Positions 1-12,569 of a stretch of DNA of 64,000 nt are shown one piece after another. Within the stretch, counting starts at the first letter, position 1, and each line of letters begins with the position of its first letter. The position numbers were made by a program, and so were the translations under genes. This DNA is from Rhynchobatus australiae. Its lineage: Eukaryota. Below the pieces are notes generated by a model. It was not told where the DNA came from and made no database searches. It saw only the letters and a list, made by a program, of their open reading frames with translations. Location: assembly GCA_034780895.1 (NCBI GenBank), contig JAUZTB010000107.1:24714618-24778617 (forward strand), given 5' to 3'.

Positions 1-1340
1 AGTTTTATCATTTTACAGATTTTACTATTTAAGGTCTTAGTAAAATTGGCATGATTGTAAAGTAAGCTGGGCCGGACATTGGTCACATGTGATTTAGCAA
101 ATATTACAGGATAGGGTGGATTCGACTCAACAGCCATACTCTGAATCATCATCACATGAAAATGAGTGTGAGAAAGTTTAGATGTTCAAATTCTTGCCAA
201 AATTCTTGTACGATGAGGACTATTTTTTTTCATTTTGGCTTCTTCTGAAGTTTTGTGATTTTTAAAGATCTAATCAAATGTGGTATATTTTTTCATGTTT
301 TGGACTGGTGACATAAGTTTTCTCTCCAGCACATATTTTATTTGAATGACCAAGAATGTATTAACGTCTTCTGTTCCTGTTACTGACAGCATCGCCCCAC
401 AGGACCAGAATATTTTTGCTGCTGTTTTCAATGTGTCCACCAAAAAAAGCATGATGTCACTACTAACCAATTAAAACTAGAATTTTGTGAAAGGGAGAAC
501 ATGATGTTCAAGTGAAAGAATGCCATCAGTGCATATATGTTTGGCAGACATTTAGTTTTCATTCTAAAAGTAAAATACATGATAAATCTATTTATGTTGT
601 TAACCTTGATGTTGCAGGTGCAGAAATCACACTTAAATGAAGAGACGTTATCTGATAAATTCTTTTAAATTTGAACTTTCATTCATTTTTTAGATGTAAA
701 CTAAAAAGTTGTACTTTGTTGTGGCTTGTGGAGTAATTCAGATCCCGTGTCAATACTTTATCAAAAGTTAATTATTGATAAGTATTGAAAAATGCACGTG
801 TTTATTCTAGCAGTGGAATCAAGTTGTTTATAGTAAAACTCACTTAGTCAGCAGCATTATGTGACTTTTGGTTTAAACTAACATTGTTGTCAACCAGGAT
901 GCCAGACATGATTCTAAGTGTCAAAGTTCCTGTGTCATAAGCACCATAACAAAAACCAAATTTCTAGACGTAGGAACATGCACTTTTATAAAGTTTCATA
1001 TTTTCTGGATGTGCCATAGTTCTTAATAGGTTGTGTTATTTTATAAATGTGCTGACATATAAAAACAAATGGAGCAGCCAACTTCCATATCATACTGATA
1101 GATTTTCGTATGCATCTGCTAGTGTCATACTTTTGATCCTCTCAAGAACATTCTCACCCATATAATGAAATAACCATTTAGCTTGTAATTATCTTCAACA
1201 ATTTTTTAAGGAATGTAAAAATATAGAAGTTATGGAACCAGGAGGGAGCAGAGTTTTAATTTAATGAATACATCTATTGTTATTGAGTTTTGAGGTGTGG
1301 TCATGNNNNNNNNNNCTTTTTCCAATTTTGTTCCTGACAG

Positions 1341-1458
1341 CTAAGCTGGATGAATTGCAAAAGCAGAGCAATATTCTGCAAAATGATTGTGATATGCTTA
1401 GACAAGAGAAGGTTACTCTCTCAGAAAAATTGGAACAATATGAGGAAGAACTCCAATG
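1341..1458 (+). CDS. SLMAP: SLMAP-family gene, internal coiled-coil exon (xKLDELQKQSNILQNDCDMLRQEKVTLSEKLEQYEEELQ)
   Basis: Acceptor ttcctgacag ends at 1340; open heptad-rich frame; phase-2 end at TG|gcaagt (GC donor) fits the next exon; resembles the SLMAP C-terminal coiled coil. Could be an ohnolog rather than the ortholog. Confidence 0.8.
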
Positions 1459-2189
1459 GCAAGTTCCTACAATAATTATTTATGTTTTTGTTACTTGAAA
1501 TGATGTTTTTGTTTTAATATTTCCATTTTTGATTGACTTCAATGAAGCATCTTCTAAATTGAATTGTTAAATTTACCTGCATTGTTTCTCATTAATACTC
1601 ACCCAAACTGAGCAATTAATGAAAAAAAAGTAAGTAAATTTAACAATTCAATTTAGAACATCGTCTGATATTTTAAAAATGTAACCATGGTTCACTGTTT
1701 TTAAAATTGTTTAAAGTGATCTTAAGAACACTTCTTGCATTTTCTGATCATGAAATAAATTTGAGTACCACTTCGCTGTGTTGCAGCTGCAGTCCACAAT
1801 TTACTCGACTCAGCCAAGCTGTCTGATGTAATTGGGGTGGCTCCCAATAGCATGTAAAACATTAATGAGTAATCCCAACCCTTCATATAATCTGTTGCTA
1901 ATTATGAAGTGGGATTGTGAGAGGATGTACTCTTAGAAATATACCGCAAATAAAAGGAATGCTAGCTTAAAGGAATATTTTTACAGTGTCTTCTTCTGAA
2001 CATGAAATATGTGTTTATTGGCAGTCAATCCAAAACTGACTGAAGATATCACAAAATATTATTCTCTGTCATTTATTCCTGCCATTTGTTTAGCAAACTT
2101 GAAGGAAAATTATCAATAAATTCATCAGTAAAGTTCAGGGCTACACACTGTTCTCTACAGCCATCAGCATGAGTCCAGAAGGCTATATC

Positions 2190-3420
2190 ATTGGACTGAT
2201 GCTAGGGTTAGGAATCTCTCTTTGGGCTGGAGTAGAAGGGAAAGGATCCAGTTGGGATGGATAACTGGAGAGTAATAAGAAAGGACAGAATGTAATATGG
2301 TACAAGTGCAACGGCAAATATGGTTAGAGTACAATGGCTAAAATTCAATATCAAAGGCCCTTTATCTGAATGAGCACAGCAAAAATAGGCAAATTAATGC
2401 ATAGTTAGGGATTTAAAATAAGTATCTATTGGCTAATAGAGAGATATAGTGGCAAGGTGGCCAAGACTGGGAACTGGATGTTTCAAGGTACAATATTCAG
2501 AAGAATAGGCAAAATGGAAAAGGCAATGGGGTAACTCTAATAATGAAGAATGGCATTAGGACATTCATGAGAAATGATCTTGACTCAGGAGATCAGGAAG
2601 TAGAATCAGTTCGGGTGAGTATATGAAATAGCAAATGATAGAAATCAATGTTGAAAATAAAGAGTAGCTGTGCTATTAGACAAAATGTTAATCAAGGGAG
2701 TTTGTAGCAGTGATGATCCTGTTACTGTAGGTAACTTTAAGCTTCTTATAGATTGGGCTAATGAATTTGGCATAAGTAATCTTGAGTGAAGCTTCATGGA
2801 ATGCATTTGAGACAGTTTTGTGGAACAATGTGTTGTGTATCAAACTGGAGAGCAGGCTATTTTAGTTTCAAACCTATGTAAGTGAGACAGAATTAGTTAG
2901 TGACATCGTAGTAATACTCCACTGGGGAAGAGTGATCATAACAGTGTGGAATTATCCATTCAATTTCAGAGTATCAAACTAAGATCTATGCTTAATTACA
3001 TTGGTTACATAGCTGGCCAACAAGAGGGATTACCAATAGTATTAGATTGAAGGAAAAGGCTTATCTGTCATGTTACAAAGAGTAATGGTAAACCTGATAA
3101 ATGAGTGTAAGGAACCAACAAAGGTTAACCATGAGAGATGATAAAGTGGAGAAAATTAAATATGATTAAACTAGTAGGAATTTAGGAATGTTATAACAGT
3201 TTTATAAGTGTGTAAAGTAAGAAAGTAGCTAAAGTAATACTGGCCCCTTAGAAACTAGGTGGAGGAAACAATCATGGGAAAAGAGGAAATGGCATGAAAT
3301 AAAATATTTCATATCAGTCTTCACAATAGCAAGTACAAAAATCATGCCAATAATAAGAGGAAATCACAGACAAAAAGGAGGAAAGAACTAAAAACAGGAA
3401 AGGCTGGTAATCTGAAATTT
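2190..3420 (+). mobile_element. Degenerate CR1 LINE, ORF2 APE endonuclease region
   Basis: Frameshifted remnants of CR1 endonuclease motifs (KALYLN, DWELDVSRYNIQKNRQNGKGNGV, VGNF). Confidence 0.75.
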
Positions 3421-3832
3421 TAAATTCAGTATTGATTCCGAGGACTGCACAGTGCCTAGAGAGAAGTTGAGGTGCTGTTTCTTGATCTTCGAGCAGTGTA
3501 GAAGGCCAAAGACAGAGAAGTATCCATTCTATTTCTGCAAGAATAATCTTCTGGCTCATTTACTCCCTGTCACAGTAGCAATTGCCTTTTTTAATGGAAG
3601 ACTGATTAAACATTGGAAAACAAATAGCAAGAGAGCAGAACAGTAGAATTTGAATTGCTTGGAGATATTGGGTAGCCTTGATTACTCCTGCGCTGTCAAC
3701 TTCTGTAGTTCCATACATATCCGATGAAGAAAGTTCTGAAAGCATGTCTAATAATTCAAGCTGATATTAATTCTTTGTATGTTATAACTGAGTTAAACCT
3801 ATAAAAAAGTGAAAAATAATGTTCTATTACAG

Positions 3833-4004
3833 TGCCCAGCAACAGGGTATCAAGTTGACCAATGATGTAAGTGGATTAGAAAATTCTCGCAAAGAGCTGG
3901 AACTTCAGGTTGGATTTTTGAAGGAGCAACGTGTACAGGAGACAACTGGACTGAGATTGCAGCTTGCACAGGCTGAGAAAGAGACACAGAAATTTCAGCA
4001 GCAG
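3833..4004 (+). CDS. SLMAP: SLMAP-family exon (AQQQGIKLTNDVSGLENSRKELELQVGFLKEQRVQETTGLRLQLAQAEKETQKFQQQ)
   Basis: Acceptor ctattacag, donor CAG|gtgact, 172 nt, phase 2 to 0; matches recalled SLMAP SRKELENQVGSLKEQ. Confidence 0.9.
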
Positions 4005-4189
4005 GTGACTTAGTAAATTCAGAACTGTTATTTTTTTATGTTCTTTCTAAGTATTTGGCCATAGAATTTCAATGATCTAGTCAGTGATCTTAAATATTGA
4101 TCAGAAGATTTCCTGTGCTGCTTGTTTCAATCAAATTTACACTGATAGTCTAGTAGAGCCACTGTTTCACAGTGCCAGAGACCACTGGG

Positions 4190-4410
4190 TATTCCAGTTT
4201 CCTCCCATTCATGAAGGCACGTGGGTTGATAGGTTAATCTGCCACTGTAATTTGCCCTTGGTGTGTAAATGAGTGGTAGAATCTTGGAGGAGTTAAGGAG
4301 AATGTGGGGAGAATTAAAAATTGGGAGTAATATAGGATTGCTTGATGGTCAGTGCAGACACAATGGCTGCAGGGCTTTATTCCTTGCTGTATCTCTCTAT
4401 GACTCTGTGA
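4190..4410 (+). mobile_element. V-SINE (HE1-like) 3' portion
   Basis: ggttaatctgccactgtaatttgccc core and CR1-derived tail ctatgactctgtga. Confidence 0.65.
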
Positions 4411-4534
4411 TATTGGAGCAGATAAGAAAATTGCCCAGATACCCTCAATGAGAACAGCTGGAAAAATGTACCTCCTGCACGTCCGTTGGGAGCTCTATTT
4501 TGATTGTGTGTCCTAATTAACATTCAGCTGGAGG

Positions 4535-4875
4535 GACAGTGGGCAGCACAGTGGCACTGCAGGTAGTGCAAATGCCTCACAGCTCCAGTGACCCGGGTTT
4601 GATTCTGACCTTCAGTACTGTCTGTGCAGGGAATGCATTTTTTCCCTGTAACTATGTATCTTTTCCTTTGGGTACTCTGGTTTTCTCCCACATCCCAAAG
4701 ACATGTTGGCTGTTAGGTGGATTAGCTGTTGTACCTTACCCCTAATGTAGGCAGGTGGTAAGAGACTGGAGGGGGGCAGAATAGGTTGCAGGGAATTGGG
4801 CAATGGGTTTTATGGAATTGCTGTGAGAGATGATACAGGCTTAATGAGCTCAGTGGCCCGCATCTATGCTGTAGG
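4535..4875 (+). mobile_element. V-SINE (HE1-like), near full length
   Basis: tRNA-like head gcctcacagctccagtgacccgggtttgattc and V-domain ttttctcccacatcccaaagac. Confidence 0.75.
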
Positions 4876-6422
4876 AAAAATGGGAACAAGCCCTCCTGGA
4901 CTGCCTGTAAGTTCTGGCCCAGTGTGATAATGGACCCCACTACAGGCAGCCAGGAAAATGCTCAGTCTATGCAGAGTGTGAAGTGAGAGTATGGAAATCC
5001 AGTAACTACCAGGTGGTGTTCAGGCAGGTGTAACATTTGTCAGATCAATACTAGGAATAACCCAGGTTTTATATTGCTTGGAAGAGCATCCTGCTCTTCT
5101 TGTTATAAGAGCATCCTGTCCTGTTACAAGATAAAATCTATCTTTTGGCTCCTGTTTGACTAAACTGCCAGCTCGTGCTGAAATGACAAAGGACAGGTGG
5201 AGGGGTATTGCAGTGCAACAGAACCAGTGAGGATGGGGTGATAAGTCATTCCCAATATATTTGGATCTTTACTACTGACAAAGCCTCAAAACCTCATCCA
5301 GTAATTTTTTCCTCCCAGCTGTGTATGAATGATTAGGTTGTTGTTAACTTCTTCAGGTAGTATAGGGAAGATATGTATTTCATGCGTATAAAACTACCAA
5401 ATCAGAGAAAGTTGTATGCTCAATAATGTAATTAGTGCACACTAAGTAAAACCAACTTTGGAAAATACTAAGATTTCAGCGAGGTTGCTTCAGAATGTTA
5501 TAATGCATTGAGCTTGCATTCAANNNNNNNNNNNNNNNNNNNNNNNNNNNNNNNNNNNNNNNNNNNNNNNNNNNNNNNNNNNNNNNNNNNNNNNNNNNNN
5601 NNNNNNNNNNNNNNNNNNNNNNNTGAGCTTGCATTCAAACAGAGCATGCTTTTACAGTGTACTGGTGGTGAGTAAATTTAAAACTTGCAAAGTTTTTCAA
5701 ACATTCTTTAAAAAGAAATTAATAATGTATTTTAATGCAGTATATGTTCCATTTTGAGGTTAGAATACCATGTATGCACAAAATAATATTAGATAATAAC
5801 AAAAATAATAAACCACTTAGTTAAATCATTCTCTCTATTCATTATAAATAATGGACTAAGTTAGTCGGAATCAAGGTTGAGTTCAAATTATTTTTTTCTT
5901 CCTCCTGAGTCTCATGGACTGAAGATAAGGAAAAACAAGAGATAGTAGATGGTGTTAATTATTCACATCTTTTTACAACATATGTGGTTGGCCCATCGAG
6001 TCTGTGCCAGCTCTTAGAGCAATGCCATTAATCCCTTTCCGCTACTTAAGATATTTAATCATGATTGGTAATTGCGGACAATTAGTTGCATGCACATATG
6101 ACGCTGAATCAGGAGCCAGTGCATCAGCAAACACATTGCAGAGTAATGGGAGAAGTGAGAAAACATAGGAAAGAAAATAAATAACTTTTTTTTAACTAGC
6201 TTAAATAAACTTTTTAAAATAGTTCCAGAATACACACAACTGTAATTATGCTTCTTATAAAGATAATGTGGTTAGCAAAGCTTTAGACATGCAAGTTCAC
6301 TAAAAATTGTTCACTAAAAATTGTTCACTAAAGTCATGGCATAATTTAAAAACAGTACTTTCCTTGTAATTGTAGGTATAATAGTATTTGTGAAATTCTT
6401 CCATAATTGATCTATTTTCTAG

Positions 6423-6557
6423 TACGAAACAAATCAAGCCATGTATATGGAGTTGAAGGAAAAGCTAGATAGAACTCAGAAAGAGAACGAGTCCATCACA
6501 GAAGAACTTGAAGGTTACAAAGAAAATCTAAAATTGCTGCAACAGAAGGAAAACAAT
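6423..6557 (+). CDS. SLMAP: SLMAP-family exon (YETNQAMYMELKEKLDRTQKENESITEELEGYKENLKLLQQKENN)
   Basis: Acceptor attttctag, donor AAT|gtaagt, 135 nt, phase 0-0; matches recalled SLMAP SITDELKQCKNNLKLLREKGNN. Confidence 0.92.
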
Positions 6558-9500
6558 GTAAGTATTATAAACTCTTTCCTCTGCCCAGATTTCTGGAATG
6601 TTTTTTCATGTCTAGTTTCTTGAATTTTGTCTTAATTTGAACTAATACACGTTAGAGGATGCTTGTTAAGCATGATAAATCAAATCCATGTACTATTTCC
6701 AGTCACTGCTGTATAAAATGTTGTAAATAATGGCTCCTGTTTTAACACTTTGATTAGATAAAATTCTCCACTCTTTTCATGCCAAAATGATCAAATTAAT
6801 GTTGAAATGCCGTCTTTATGACTCTTAGCCAGATATTTTTTTCATGATGTGCTAATTGGGTCCTTAGCTGTATGGGGCTCAAATTAAATTTAAACATAAA
6901 TTGAGCTGAGGTGATGATGATCCAAGTTTGTCCTTTTACTGAAGGGTACCTGTATTCACCTTTATTTTACCTTTAAACCTACTCTTTTCTTAACTATTTG
7001 TGCCCTATATCCTTTTTGTCGCAAAATGATAATAAATCTGCAAAATTAAATGGAGAAAATTTTTTTAAAAAGCAAAAGTCCTGGTCTCTGCTATTGAGCT
7101 AAACCAAGAGAAGCATCAGCTAGGNNNNNNNNNNNNNNNNNNNNNNNNNNNNNNNNNNNNNNNNNNNNNNNNNNNNNNNNNNNNNNNNNNNNNNNNNNNN
7201 NNNNNNNNNNNNNNNNNNNNNNNNNNNNNNNNNNNNNNNNNNNNNNNNNNNNNNNNNNNNNNNNNNNNNNNNNNNNNNNNNNNNNNNNNNNNNNNNNNNN
7301 NNNNNNNNNNNNNNNNNNNNNNNNNNNNNNNNNNNNNNNNNNNNNNNNNNNNNNNNNNNNNNNNNNNNNNNNNNNNNNNNNNNNNNNNNNNNNNNNNNNN
7401 NNNNNNNNNNNNNNNNNNNNNNNNNNNNNNNNNNNNNNNNNNNNNNNNNNNNNNNNNNNNNNNNNNNNNNNNNNNNNNNNNNNNNNNNNNNNNNNNNNNN
7501 NNNNNNNNNNNNNNNNNNNNNNNNNNNNNNNNNNNNNNNNNNNNNNNNNNNNNNNNNNNNNNNNGACTGGAGGCGTTATAAATCTCAATCAGTGAAGGGT
7601 AAAATAGGGACTCTGAACACATTCTTTGATTGTTAGGCAGAAAATATTAAAATGAATCATTGGTTTCTGGTAGTGATTGGGATTGATTTCATGTTGGAAG
7701 AGATTTCCATACCAGCTTGGCCAATAAATTTCTACCCACCAGCAACAGCAGAAGGCAACCACTATTTTAACTTTCATTTGGGAAGAGCATGCAGAGTCAA
7801 ATGGCCAAGTGTTGCAGGATAGAAGAGCCTGGTTGTATAGGGCAGGGAGTCTATGAATTTTTGTATGACATGGCAAAGAAGCTCTTCTGGTTGCAGAACA
7901 GCCATTGACACCAATTAAAATGTTATTTTAATTCCATTTGTATTTAAGAATTCCAGCTTTCATAAATTTCCACCTGTCCCAGATGGGCACCTCATTTCTA
8001 TTGCTCATTTAAAATTTAGGAAACAAGTTTTTACACAGCATCAGAAAAGGGAATTCTGTACTGCAAAGTGCTGCTAAAATAGAGTCCACACCCCCAGTGA
8101 AGAGGAGTGGAAAGAGTTAATCCATCAAATGCGTGAAGTGCAACACCAGCCAACCATGCGCAAATTTGTTGCTTTTTTTTTAATGGCATATAGTAGATGT
8201 TGGGTGTCCTGCCATTGAGAAATATATTGAATAGGGCTCCCTCACTGTAATTGGGAGCCCATTTCAAAATGCACTGGATAACTAAGTTTCCCTGAAGTTA
8301 AGTAACACAACAACAAAAGGGAAGCAGGAGCTGAAAGCTCAACGAGGTATGTGCCTTTCCAGGACACCTTGTCAGCCAGATATTGACCTTAAGGAGAACA
8401 TTTTGTTGCCAATCACCCTCTCCTCATAATTGCTGATCTTTCCAAACTCTGATGTCCTCTCCACACACTGACCCCTTGGCCCCCACCTCTTTTGCCTTGA
8501 TGGCTAATCCTCCCCCATTACAAGTACTAAGGATCATTCATGAGGGCCTCCAACTGCAGCCACCTGCCTGTAACTTTCACTCCTGAATACCAGTCTCGTT
8601 GTCAGTTTGACCAGCCGCTGGACAAGAAGCAGATCCAAAAAGAATAATGAGGTTCTATTACTATATTAATCAGGCTCTTTGCACCTCTCTTACATCCTTG
8701 ACCTTCGTGGTTTTCCTTTGACCTCCTCTGCAAATATGAAGTTACTTTTAAAATTGTGCTCAAAAGTTACTTTGAAAGTGAGAAATGTTGAAGGAACTGG
8801 AGAATCCATGGGAAAGTTTGATTCCACTGGATGGTTCTTGTAGACGGTATGGTAGTACAGTTTTAATTGGCAATGGCCTGTTGCTGTGCTGGACAATATT
8901 AACCCAGGAGAATGCTTGGTCTTGGGATGTAGGAGTCACTATATTGATAAAGGCTATAAGCAGACTACCTGCTTGACTGGGAACAGGTTTGCCAGCATAT
9001 TACCAACAGTTAAATAACTTGGTCTTGTAACATGACATGACAACACACTGTACTTTAATGAAGTGTATTTGAAGAGTAGTCACAGCTTTAATGAAGGAAC
9101 GTGCATAAGTGACTTAAAATCAGTATAGATAACTTCAATTGGATTAAACAGCTATAATCATTTCATGTTTAGAAAGTTATATCTAAGGTAGTAAAATAAT
9201 TGTTAAATCACAATTAGTTAATAGCTGATTGAAGATTAAAAGGTGTTAGAAATTAAAAATAATTTCCATGTATCCCACTAATTATAATTTAAAAAGAGTC
9301 AGGAGATGTTTTCCATCAACCAAAAGTACATTCAGGACAACATAAACTAATGAATTTGGACCTAGGCCTGACCTGAAGAAAAAAATGGTAAAAGATTTTG
9401 CAGCACAATGTTTCGCAACATTTTCAAATCCATTTGAGAGCTGTGTTTTCTTGCACTGTACATCACTTTGGCACAGTAAAGTTTATATCCCACCTATATG

Positions 9501-9573
9501 TTCCCTGAAAGTCTCCACTGTGCATTCTGCTGCTTCGCACACAGTGACTGTGAATATCCCTTCCCTCCCTCAG

Positions 9574-9660
9574 CCTTCCACAATATTGCAACCTATCCCT
9601 GCTCTAGGCGTCGCCCTAATCCTGGCTTTCCTGTACTGGTGGTCCGGTCACCTATGGTAG
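9574..9660 (+). CDS. SLMAP: SLMAP-family alternative tail-anchor exon TM1 (PSTILQPIPALGVALILAFLYWWSGHLW*)
   Basis: Acceptor ttccctccctcag, phase 0, TAG at 9658-9660, donor aag|gtacac after 9666; matches recalled SLMAP TM1 PSILQPVPAVFIGLFLAFLFWCFGPLW. Confidence 0.88.
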   Translation, partial: PSTILQPIPALGVALILAFLYWWSGHLW

Positions 9661-10470
9661 ATCAAGGTACACAGCTACAGTTTATGTCTGTGTGTTCCCC
9701 TAGTAACTTGTATCCCTTTACAAAATGCATGAACAGTCGTATACAATTTTAACTTGCTAATATGTGCCTTTCAGGATCTTAGTTCGTGTTAACTGTCCAT
9801 AGACCTAATTGTGCTTTATTTACTTAATATTTATGTTTTTAAGTATAAAATCTGTGTTTTATTACCTGTTTTCCAATGTTTTGCTCTAACATGCCACTAA
9901 TGCCAGTCTAGCATGTCTATTACCTGCCAAATGCTGAATAGTTTTGTACTGTTTATACTGGAAGATCATAATGGTACAGCAGCTTGGGATAACACTTGAT
10001 TTAAGTATTCCTTGATTTATCTGTCCATATTTTAATATGCATTTCTAATATAAGCATTCAGGTGAGCAAAATTNNNNNNNNNNNNNNNNNNNNNNNNNNN
10101 NNNNNNNNNNNNNNNNNNNNNNNNNNNNNNNNNNNNNNGAACTATAGGAATAAACCCTATACATTTTTTCATATACCTTACTTGGCTAATGAAACTTTAG
10201 ATAAGCTATAAAATGCAGTTATGTGATCATGCTCTGAGCAGTATGAATTATTTTCTCATTTGAAATATGGTTACTAGGTGATCAAACACACATTTTGAAA
10301 AATTCTGATAATGAAGAGTGATGGGCAGGCATCTTATATTAGAGGTGTGCATCTGCACAGTAAAAGTTCTGGACTTAAACTTGTTTTACCCCAAACTGCT
10401 ATTTTATCCATTCAGAAAACTATGATCCATTAATAGTAAACTTGACATTTGTTTCAATTGCTATTTGCAG

Positions 10471-10563
10471 GGTGGATTTTTCAAGTGGATGCCAGTGGTG
10501 GCGGTGCTGGTTGCTGTGACGGTCGTAGTGCTGTACCCAGCATTGAATAGGGCCTCGCCCTGA
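10471..10563 (+). CDS. SLMAP: SLMAP-family terminal tail-anchor exon TM2 (GGFFKWMPVVAVLVAVTVVVLYPALNRASP*)
   Basis: Acceptor ctatttgcag, phase 0; matches recalled SLMAP TM2 WMPMLAALVAVTAIVLYVPGLARASP including the RASP end. Confidence 0.92.
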   Translation, partial: GGFFKWMPVVAVLVAVTVVVLYPALNRASP

Positions 10564-12387
10564 AACTGCGTGATATGTCTCGAACTACAGAATGTCTCCC
10601 CATTGACATTGGCTTTCTTTTACCACAGGGGCAAGCAGATCTGTTTCCATCCTTTTTACCTCTAACAAAACACAGCTGTTTCAAAGTACGACAGTAGGGT
10701 CTTTGCTTGAACTGTATAAAATGTAATTGTATATAGAGAGAATAAAAAATCGTGACTGGATTCTACTCTAGATAATGTTTTATTTGCAGTTTTCCATTAT
10801 TTTGAAATGACTTCTTTGGGATTATGTAAAGAGTTGTGGTGGCCTAAACAAGGCTTCTTGGTACCAAAATTTAAAGAAATGTGGAATTCAATTTGGTTTC
10901 ACTTCTGGGTTCTGCTGTTTCCTTTAGCTACCGTGGTACAATTCCACCTGCTGATGCACATTGGCCCAAAAGAATGATTACTATGGAGCAGAAACAGTTA
11001 ACCTGCCATCAGTTTGATTCACCTACAATGCTGTTTAAACCCCTGTTAAGTTCCAAAAATTAAATGTAATGGGATGTCAACAACTCCCAATAATTCCTAA
11101 TCCTCCAGTTTACTGAAGAGTGTGAAGTAACAGCAGTAACTTGCATTATACATGTAAAAAGCACCAGTTACTCTTAATTTTTCTCCCTCCCATTTAATAG
11201 TTATTACTATTGGTAACCATCAGAATTGATGTTTAACCCAGTGAAGGTAAGTGGACCACAGACCCTTCTGCAGCATCATCCATGCTCCTCTGTGCATCAG
11301 TTGGTGGGAAGCNNNNNNNNNNNNNNNNNNNNNNNNNNNNNNNNNNNNNNNNNNNNNNNNNNNNNNNNNNNNNNNNNNNNNNNNNNNNNNNNNNNNNNNN
11401 NNNNNNNNNNNNNNNNNNNNNNNNNNNNNNNNNNNNNNNNNNNNNNNNNNNNNNNNNNNNNNNNNNNNNNNNNNNNNNNNNNNNNNNNNNNNNNNNNNNN
11501 NNNNNNNNNNNNNNNNNNNNNNNNNNNNNNNNNNNNNNNNTGTTCACTATAGGAGTCACACCAGCAAGCACTTTGTTTTGAAACAAATTACAGGAGAAAA
11601 TGGATCATCACCTTAATTTTTTCATGAATCTTAGCCAGAATGAGTTGGATATTGCCTTATTTTAAAACTAATTCAATGTATACATTTTCAGCCACAGAAT
11701 GTTGGTGCAGTTGTACAATGTAATTACAAATATTGGTACAAGACTCGGTAGTCAATCAGATGAAAAAGAACACTTTAAAATACAGCTTGTTTAAAATATT
11801 CTTGACAATAAAAGTAGATCTTCAAGAACATATTGACAAATCTGCTATATAATTTATCTTAAGCACGTTGAGGGTGAATGTAGGGTTTATTAGGTATCCC
11901 TTTCATCTTGGGAATTTTTTGTTTAAATGGTTGTGGGGGAAAGAAACACTTGTCTGTGTGGAAACAAACAAATCTGCTCTAAAGTTTGTTAGTCTGAGCA
12001 AATGTTTAAATGACTATTAAGCTATGATATTCCACCTCAACTGCACATACACGTACACACACTCTCATGCCAGTGGTCCTTGGTACCTCCTGTACATAGG
12101 TTGTTTGCAAATATTGTTCTGATATGCTGAATTGCAGAAATGAATTTTTTAAAGTTAAATAATTGTTTTAAATCTATTTTGTAAAAAAGGTTGAAAAGTA
12201 NNNNNNNNNNNNNNNNNNNNNNNNNNNNNNNNNNNNNNNNNNNNNNNNNNNNNNNNNNNNNNNNNNNNNNNNNNNNNNNNNNNNNNNNNNNNNNNNNNNN
12301 ATTTTGTAAAAAAGGTTGAAAAGTAAAGTAGAATTTCTGGAGTACAAATTAAAGTATTTGCACTAACATATGTGATGTGCATGATTT

Positions 12388-12435
12388 AATAAAATAAAGT
12401 TTGCTCTCCCTTTGTGCATTTGAGTTTATTGTTAA
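12388..12435 (+). terminator. Probable distal polyadenylation site of the SLMAP-family gene
   Basis: Overlapping AATAAA hexamers at 12388-12398 followed by a U/GU-rich tract; more proximal AATAAA at 10741 and 11807. Confidence 0.5.
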
Positions 12436-12569
12436 GAGAAGATACATAGTTGCATAGCTGTCGAAAATATGGTTTTCTGAATGCATTAGCCTTTCTTGTA
12501 TTCTTGCATAGCATATAGGTGTTATTATGAACAACAACATTTAATGCCCAATTCTGGCTCTCCTTAAGA

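Noticed and set aside
5509-5638. 15-bp direct repeat tgagcttgcattcaa flanking a 100-N gap
   Set aside because: Overlapping contig ends left unmerged; assembly artefact, not a target-site duplication.
6296-6333. Short tandem duplications (14-bp unit here; also ~19280-19350, ~47620-47657, ~55247-55285) as CRISPR-like arrays
   Set aside because: Two to three adjacent copies without spacers in eukaryotic DNA; ordinary slippage.
12176-12325. 25-bp direct repeat flanking a 100-N gap
   Set aside because: Same scaffolding artefact.
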